From positions 1,139-65,138 of the forward strand of contig CAZVVP010000001.1 in the NCBI GenBank assembly GCA_964630515.1: a stretch of 64,000 nucleotides of DNA. The letters run 5' to 3'. Below are positions 61,401-64,000 of the stretch, piece after piece (the stretch's first letter is position 1; each line of letters starts with the position of its first letter). The notes beneath the pieces were generated by a model, which was not told the origin of the DNA, searched no databases, and was given only the letters and a program-made list of their open reading frames with translations. The translations under genes and the position numbers were made by a program. The DNA comes from an uncultured Christensenella sp. GTDB lineage: Bacteria; Bacillota; Clostridia; Christensenellales; UBA1242.

Positions 61401-64000
61401 TCTTAGGTAACGATGTAATTCTTCTTAATAGTGAAGTTATTGTGTCAAGCGGAATGCAACTTAAATCTTCAGCTATTGCTGGTGGCTTAGTTGGACATAG
61501 TTTAGGTAAGATTGAAAGGTCTTATGTTCAGAACGCTGACCAAGATTTATTAGATGCTAATCTATATGCAAATGTTCAGAAAGCGTCTACAACAGCAAAG
61601 AATTTCTACAATGTTTATAACGGCACAAATATAGTTAATGAGGTTACAAACTTCTTTGGCGGAAATGCTCACTATATTGGTGGCTTGATTGGTTTTGCTC
61701 ATGGTTCAGTTCTAAGAACATCATATAACAGGGTAGATGTTTCAAATATTAACTCCAAATATGCTGGTGGTGTTATAGGTTTAAGCTTAGGGGCGGATAT
61801 TGATGATGTATACACTACTGCTAGTGTATATTCATACAGAGCTTATGGTGGCACCATTGGTATACAGACGATTCTTGAAGATATAACTGTTGAGTCTGAA
61901 ACTTACAAGATGCTTTATAATGCGTACAATGATGAAGATGGTGTAGATAATCAAGTATATCATATATATAACCAAATAGGATACTTGAAAGCGTTCTGCG
62001 ATGAAGAGCCTTTGTCAACCGCGAATGATAATTCTGATATACTTAATATTGGAAGCCTAAACTCTATGAATATTTGGAAACAAGCACATAAGAATCAAGA
62101 TAGAGAACAATATAAGACTTCCGTAGCTCCAAGAGCGTTTATTGGTTCTTTTGTAGGTTACTCTACTTGTTTCAATAATGTAGAAACAACTACTTGGTGC
62201 AGTATTTATGATACTTTGGATAGAGTTCAGAGTGAATATATCTACTTTAGTCAAGCATTTAAGTTTAACGATACTCTAAATAAAGATAGCGAAACTGAAT
62301 TCTTGAGCGAAGTGGGAAATGCTCATACTTCATATTTAGAAAACAAATATGATTCTAAATATGCTACAGAAGGAGAGTATTATACTTTAAATACTAATTT
62401 ACCAAAAAATGGTACTCCAGTATTAGAAAAAGGTAAGATATATACTCTTCAAGAAATTAAAAAGGAAGCTGAAGGTGCAAACGATAATGGTTCTGGTAGT
62501 GTATGGTATGAAGGTGAAGAAATTGCAACTTTTGCTTTCAAAATATCTAATAGTGTAAAATACTATAACGGAACTATATTCCAAGGATTCTCTGGCGATA
62601 TAAATACTGAGAAAACCACAACAGCGGTTATCAACAGATTTAGTAGAATGCAATTGTTTGGAAGCTTAAGAACCCTAAAAGAATTTGTAAAAGGTAAGTA
62701 TATCTTAAATGAGACAAGTGCTTTAGATTTCGCTTATTATAGTGGAAATATGAGCACTGTCAAGAGTGGAGATATTGCTTATGACTCTGAATCTAATTAC
62801 AAACTTCCATATGTTTATGAAAACTTTAGTAAAGAGCTTTGGTATGGTGTCGAAATGACCTCAACTGAACCAGGAATTGATGCTAATAGGAAGAATGAAG
62901 AGCAGTATGTGTTCCCACATAGAAGATTTGTAACATATAAGAAAGTTATTTATGTTTATGATAGATATGATTTGACAGACAATGTTTTAGACTATCCTGA
63001 TGCGACCTATATCATCATGAACGATGTTGATTTAAGTGAAGGACTTAATAACTGGAATCCATTAAATAATGAAAAAGTTCCATTTACAGGAATTTTGCGT
63101 AGCAATATAGATTACTCTTCAATTGATGGTACTTATGCAAACTATGCCTTGTATAATATGAGATACAATGGTCAAGTTTCTGGTGATTCTTTTGGATTAT
63201 TTGCTTATGTTGATGGTGCACAATTCACAGGCTTTAGAATTGTTGTTGATTATGTAAAGATTAGTAGCTTTAGCAATCCTGATGATCCAAGTGCTGGTAT
63301 ATTATATGGAAAGCAAGCTTCCTTAAGAGAAGTTAACATTAAGAATGTAATGATTGAGGGTACTTATACAACTGGTACAGTTAATGATGTGACAAGTTAT
63401 TACAGACCAACAGAATATAAAGAATGTGAAGATGGTATTTGTCCATACTATACCCATACTGATGAAGGTGTAGTAATAACATCTCTTCATCTTACAGAAA
63501 CTCATAGAGGAATTTATGAAGTAAGTGGTGCTAAATATATAGGTGGCTTAATTGGTTATGGTCAAAATGTTAGAATGGAGTATCAAGAGGTTAATGATAG
63601 TGATCCGGAATTTGTAGAAGAGAAATATATATATCATGTTGTGAACAAGTTAGCAATTAATACTTATGACAACAATGCAAGTGAAGTATACATAGGTGGT
63701 GTTGCAGGAAGAATTGACAACACTAATTCTAGAAGTATTAAGGGATTGAGACTACTTGATACAGAAGTTAATGCAACTAAAGAGATGTCGGCAGGTGCTT
63801 ATCAACTAGCTGTAGGTGGGCTGTTTGGTTATGCTTATGGTGATACTTCTGGAAGTTCAATTAGTGAAAGCGTATTTGTTGGAAGCTCATCAATCTTTAG
63901 TCAAAGTGTTGATATTGTGGTTGTTAAATATGATGAAGGTGGAAATATCACAGGTGAGGAAATCGTTAAATTAACCGTTACTAAACAAGCAGGCATAAAC
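49490..64000 (+). CDS. giant surface lipoprotein, 3'-truncated by the window edge (at least 4,837 codons), with Big_2-like and four GLUG-type modules
   Basis: The ATG at 49490 follows gaggaaaagga. The N-terminus is MRNILKGLKKVFSVIAVLLSAVISCSLVAC|S (lipobox). I hand-translated at ten points between 49490 and 63962. All were in the same frame (positions = 2 mod 3), had no stops, and the frame ends in phase at 64000. The ORF track shows no + strand ORF in 14.5 kb, as expected for an ORF with no stop. Confidence 0.9.
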   Translation, partial: MRNILKGLKKVFSVIAVLLSAVISCSLVACSCSDDPYANMKIKSVSIEAFAEGQVNVDNENNRIILQDSGLNVQANYFYLDVLIEGYNGDREDIVSISPAISYEGYVTFIKYDYYSNGGYRGVKALFNAIVGVEEIKFDIITLEGMIIDTYSMEIVNPIEDFSFSSTTVPVIKGQENVIYEASTTSKYINYVPGNTTQRDVKLYFSDTDKENDGIYDFLQVEGNEGIVYQNYQLSNNKTVVKYKQNNVLIDVLSVVDGVLKVENSEFVPVKFKVTGSVNKIDGDVIVREVIFEALEKINVNNVGVYNILGDIDGDGIEDKDALGVVETNSSSKTFRLYLPNNTSSIVDPKYKKAKVEFLYNANVLKADKDNTDYEYSLDRVGVDDSFVRCLYDEERKNGVYEISHTISIDQSYTLEFKLFYAGYSNYFDGVTVKIVVDICEYPDGIRLYENINDEINELVENATNKDSIVVYSDYAGQSQGAKVIAKVVAEDYDDTTDDELTASKFSVSVVKKVENNYGNLTYENLTTDELNNIHIKNMLDNSNLIVAPNSALPLVDSGSTILVTIDNEISEDLSKALALKFESTVNASGYVVERYINIEFVRGNIGWTESSVRRYIDFNSTYLYDVAKSPDDQVYFKLPLSDIATWSGANVETLKGFLSECECEDKNSCACDSAKKIEKIQFRIFESDLNNPVIKHNETGKDYIYISDSRSDTAGHISSPYLNILFYNNNLGSCNIEIMLPNGKSCIITLYVYYNLPGETYLSLGTDYTKTEIKYSEDYDTEIYKNGIKAENQFLTAVLGDRQSFIVNLPMNVGKTIVKEFEYNTIPDGMTMRIKSNNSSVASIDSDGIITIVGIPTNTNKDFLIQVELTGRSQKVENKGAANEYIDYTSTESQEFTFEIKVVVQTPIKNIALDSTKSAIFTRDTLNYFGTDNEFSKKGIATYSLKNLTNGDIIDPNKILWNFYYDDSIFKIDVSKDGAGEYLINMSVEGAGSFGEINAATNAGLSSLLDETYYSYFYYFDFTQTLGGESFYLRMYVVPKKDNFGNPDWQNIVIWVERTDNSGNLYKEKSIINNITYQVKLQIETIVEETYTNFSNYTVENTLSKKSNLAVEPNLRIADLVPVMQGDTVSFDFREFEKDVDYVLDGDNYIMNETENTVKVIDYTILDAHSNSPKIANPISLNNQNVNREIVCVKSSDDRISVSVDTEKQQIKIQILKLSSLDATNYINPNFKITLQVKGSQYDVNSYAVQEVINVVVEDGKNNPFSIKNQQQLQGINNSLGSNYVLVEDIVLNNTFVPIGSEKEPFTGSISGKRTVTDSTAVADYSISGFNYTAVVDEKIEFGEYSTGANGRIGIGIFAYAVGAKISNIVLSDININISTVSGTNPSGVDIVNTQLAVGSLVGWAEKCLINYIFVDDGNKLQNLDGEFVSNVSSKLNLEESRKTVSGIKYIEGNMSKAYLGGLAGYVSSSVEMKNNAVKILISDYNSKAEAVGGLAGYVIEANNDYRSIEFADTNDGISDQFGNSDIIALINPQLYKETISNIVLAGSNLGGVVGELVGNYGIANAGVRAVIFGSSNIGGVVGKLTESAQSKSPIVQNSKVLPLLIGVSAVGGIVGNNDSKGELNYNKVQFLEYEDAYAYYNSGIVGQYQIGSIVGSNSASASGKYNSAYSYVVANMIAESFNTTSSKEIKYFGDIVYHVFDKDSANNGSINPICGTNDNLEYSFAKLNINFKALDGNIELNIDSTSPMYCTVLNSDDEFLSINNTIDRNIYQVDNMDDYGFGGTYNNEQYYQYKIDGTNYSYVFVVNKDKTIYGVDGVYQLVLTVDLPPESVELVKPEIDGDLYDVEDATEYTIAITMYELVSDDLDSDGTVSTTELIFLDYIKELFEAKNTYKLEELANINYLPKFIQESSMVYTIISGDGVVDIYKNSEGGYSVQAKESGTAVLQLTNLYNKDIQTILNIKVVRKVSDIDMHVLSQNIETRNITLIKETSNKLYVDLFSEYFDGNENFSKIFGDIDLIENESTKVGLRMFLLTDAVDKSGSIIHEAGNIESYIYDNYSSYFNVNNLSFKHLQTQDGKYLIYIDCDATDHTFISALKKLEGSIYVWAMPYIYTGVSTTGTEKVVLQNFYTINKENKVEIKSDFYKNPLGREFSIDIVNGTSDITTLDVNAEGTPKYATKFSVTIETDDPTSVLYFYVNRGTHQYEISGHNRVTSITSRINNLSSLTTFTKNGTIYTLGGDVYLYRLGDRNLSNFSFRFDKYQVKLLDVTDEIDTYGYITFNFQIEVLDAYKYNCYEEENYTINFLTNIVVDKDGAYEYLGTTSVSYKMKPQSLESTEINHYVDVVERTYNIEEGKETVEYEVDLSLPSNTLIIGYSGMLQVNLYPGYSKVDYVEITSSSINNVYIQFEQLVEETDLNKENVTSDNYVSKQYYSAYPERMTITNGIRLNNASNVYRNSGEDKYDFEGIYYVKTHIGTIVDETKTFTVTINYFKDGKVIKTETINISPVIPPSIEMTINGASNSPVAIGTDIDINISTSNILEKIEVELTKPGESSASFGVDAINDFIVESLGGTNDTILESLIDARYMTSIGTDKYNLNLMIKYNKELIGAKAKITLTVKKVINNKVYRVPSTVEIQFALFVVDSISVDGVEDGVYKGLFNQAYDLEIKIDATYFDNDKFKRIGVSESEVNYIESQIKLLEARITSSGLASDGIGEDENHSTKTWFVKNSIGQYNNLSIMQSYYSFVVRNSSFDVSYMPNSAGTYTTKTFSTLKFRNNVLNTQDSILAQTVLVYSSLDVYGESVAGTGVAKSVSGIYVLSDYEDMIVDEEGMYQDKKESFRYNYTVEFTFEMDKLSNEENPIPIYSEEELINMSEGVSYILMADLEVENWSPLNTKITSLDGNGYVIRINSFADLVVTENNETENAIGLFGTVDAGTLLKNIIIELPANPIVQPDNEKFYENSVSNPTSDILVSIGKVTEFSYGTVAGINNGTITNAIVINNADSYRYERDSLLYGENELSLQEFEERLDNYYYTRVIELIENYNYYSDRTLTSVYIKSDCEDTNQTNIKAGGLVGINNGYITNSAVENVSLIAPFYVGGFVCDNTGKVSSSYFKNGNVINNKGNETIFSGTAGFVVNNTGEIAYSYVEGSNTSSNLEIVDYVRFVDGKPEKEFTEKKFELKGLKASTLADFVGFNYSYATDDEKEIFKLRNFGNVVYSNKQASGFVYSNKGSVTDSYSNIVINGERTSGFVFYNEANAVIESTYTMSSIHSGNDKHSPFAGTVVEGVGLKSLNTGEISNSYYLQVGYEDYITFEEENSGVIKQKGIKISNEEYDNGEYSYINDKGETKIESISNKNDYQAINENSENNSGYIHKDYIDTFEDLGDGLSKSVYDFRTHESFVSFAFNDSLEENGEDIVSSVWFIPTDRITNTTEGEGKILKSYFKNTNYTTYAPQLVSANLRTTSIKYGNFIEPLQQDADIYKILELMNDDMAISVAGDILKSVNDYISTKSADINNAGYKSNEIATIYSYMYLYIAYQNFAAKDVVEIEEDKYKTWLYPELSKLRVAGATFNNELSLAINCKADIIDALSATEDNILTKINSYVANIVSEELTTPDKIITWINKVQKLLDTLIYQINRVNQVEEGVITAYSYSNLTKNDAGVNLIYGESVLNPYLVDTAEDFNIYGKQINEKGEYTGSGQLDKSMRIIKDITFGELDSAVKTYDVVFYGDLEGNNMNMNNIRITAETNIDSDKKVDSIGLFKSLGLDDDDDVYYAYIRNLNLYIDYVQANAITYVGGLAGKIDYGRIYNISINKQGNQTGSGISGANVVGGLAGFVSGNSRLTNIISDINVQANFLLSISGIGENLFNVDGTRKNVNIGTEIYGKNKTSDFGLITLDNISDATSRSYSTANQFNLYIPYSSDLTRISYAGGIAGIVISVEGYDFTVTGARFKGSNIVGGEVVGGLFGFLGNDVILLNSEVIVSSGMQLKSSAIAGGLVGHSLGKIERSYVQNADQDLLDANLYANVQKASTTAKNFYNVYNGTNIVNEVTNFFGGNAHYIGGLIGFAHGSVLRTSYNRVDVSNINSKYAGGVIGLSLGADIDDVYTTASVYSYRAYGGTIGIQTILEDITVESETYKMLYNAYNDEDGVDNQVYHIYNQIGYLKAFCDEEPLSTANDNSDILNIGSLNSMNIWKQAHKNQDREQYKTSVAPRAFIGSFVGYSTCFNNVETTTWCSIYDTLDRVQSEYIYFSQAFKFNDTLNKDSETEFLSEVGNAHTSYLENKYDSKYATEGEYYTLNTNLPKNGTPVLEKGKIYTLQEIKKEAEGANDNGSGSVWYEGEEIATFAFKISNSVKYYNGTIFQGFSGDINTEKTTTAVINRFSRMQLFGSLRTLKEFVKGKYILNETSALDFAYYSGNMSTVKSGDIAYDSESNYKLPYVYENFSKELWYGVEMTSTEPGIDANRKNEEQYVFPHRRFVTYKKVIYVYDRYDLTDNVLDYPDATYIIMNDVDLSEGLNNWNPLNNEKVPFTGILRSNIDYSSIDGTYANYALYNMRYNGQVSGDSFGLFAYVDGAQFTGFRIVVDYVKISSFSNPDDPSAGILYGKQASLREVNIKNVMIEGTYTTGTVNDVTSYYRPTEYKECEDGICPYYTHTDEGVVITSLHLTETHRGIYEVSGAKYIGGLIGYGQNVRMEYQEVNDSDPEFVEEKYIYHVVNKLAINTYDNNASEVYIGGVAGRIDNTNSRSIKGLRLLDTEVNATKEMSAGAYQLAVGGLFGYAYGDTSGSSISESVFVGSSSIFSQSVDIVVVKYDEGGNITGEEIVKLTVTKQAGIN
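53279..54520 (+). other. GLUG-type module A of giant protein 2
   Basis: The entry is NPFSIKNQQQLQGINNSLGSNYVLVEDIVLNNTFVPIGSEKEPFTGSISG. GLUG turns follow: AVGSLVGWA, YLGGLAGYV, AVGGLAGYV, NLGGVVGEL, NIGGVVGKL and AVGGIVGNN. Confidence 0.7.
58073..59350 (+). other. GLUG-type module B of giant protein 2
   Basis: The entry is NPIPIYSEEELINMSEGVSYILMADLEVENWSPLNTKITSLDGNGYVIRI. Turns follow: AIGLFGTV, KAGGLVGINNGYITNS, YVGGFVCDNTGKV and ASGFVYSNKGSVTDS. Confidence 0.65.
60512..61870 (+). other. GLUG-type module C of giant protein 2
   Basis: The entry is NPYLVDTAEDFNIYGKQ...MRIIKDITFG. Turns follow: YVGGLAGKI, VVGGLAGFV, YAGGIAGIV, VVGGLFGFL, IAGGLVGHS, YIGGLIGFA and YAGGVIGLS. Confidence 0.65.
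62944..64000 (+). other. GLUG-type module D of giant protein 2 (cut by window edge)
   Basis: The entry is VYDRYDLTDNVLDYPDATYIIMNDVDLSEGLNNWNPLNNEKVPFTGILRSN. Turns follow: SFGLFAYV, YIGGLIGYG, YIGGVAGRI and AVGGLFGYA. Confidence 0.65.

Noticed and set aside
50404-63505. About fifteen short minus-strand ORFs listed between 50404 and 63505 as the only ORFs in that region.
   Set aside because: They are antisense to the edge-open giant ORF 49490-64000, whose + strand frame I verified by hand at ten points. Their sequences are low-complexity and lack start-site signals.
49490-64000. Alternative genetic code or a pseudogene as the explanation for the missing + strand ORF call.
   Set aside because: No stops were encountered in the frame under the standard code. 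TGA, TAA and TAG all terminate ordinary genes elsewhere in the window (lgt, for example, ends in TGA). The simpler explanation is that the ORF finder requires a stop codon.
1-64000. CRISPR arrays, tRNA or rRNA genes, transposases, integrases and prophage blocks.
   Set aside because: I saw no regularly spaced direct repeats, no cloverleaf-type sequences in the intergenic regions I inspected, and no recombinase or transposase-like ORFs.

Overview
AT-rich (by eye about one-third G+C, not computed), standard-code chromosomal segment from a spore-forming Firmicute. Support for that call: spoIIR, sleB, ypeB, a DUF1540-type gene, lgt, a DivIVA-type gene, Gram-positive style SD sequences and TTGACA/TATAAT promoters. 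About half of the window is two giant surface-protein genes. The first is 661-18000 (5,779 aa, N-terminal signal-anchor, C-terminal Cys-containing beta-helix-type repeats). The second is missing from the ORF track because it has no stop inside the window: 49490 to 64000, at least 4,837 codons, with a lipoprotein signal peptide and four 'entry motif + GLUG' modules. The ~31 kb between them is mostly housekeeping. It holds a MacB-like fused ABC transporter with degenerate ATPase motifs and a ribosomal-protein cluster that is split and permuted (rplJ-rplL at 21.4-22.3 kb; rpmG-secE-nusG-rplK-rplA at 29.5-32.1 kb). It also holds rplI, a serine-palmitoyltransferase-like alpha-oxoamine synthase, lgt, an M55 peptidase, a second surface lipoprotein and a three-gene operon with no recognisable domains. 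The remaining genes are a CaCA antiporter, an HD hydrolase, a ZIP transporter, an XRE-HTH gene coupled to a truncated Rel/SpoT-like HD-TGS gene, a HAD hydrolase and spoIIR-sleB-ypeB. Several intergenic regions carry strong unannotated structure. These are a 114-nt multi-stem leader before the ABC gene, paired L1-site-like structures before rplK and rplA, and about 350 nt of structured RNA candidates after rplA. An operator-like motif with a DnaA-box core occurs upstream of both giant genes. I saw no rRNA, tRNA, CRISPR array, transposase or integrase. All calls come from reading the sequence and remembered family motifs, with no database search.
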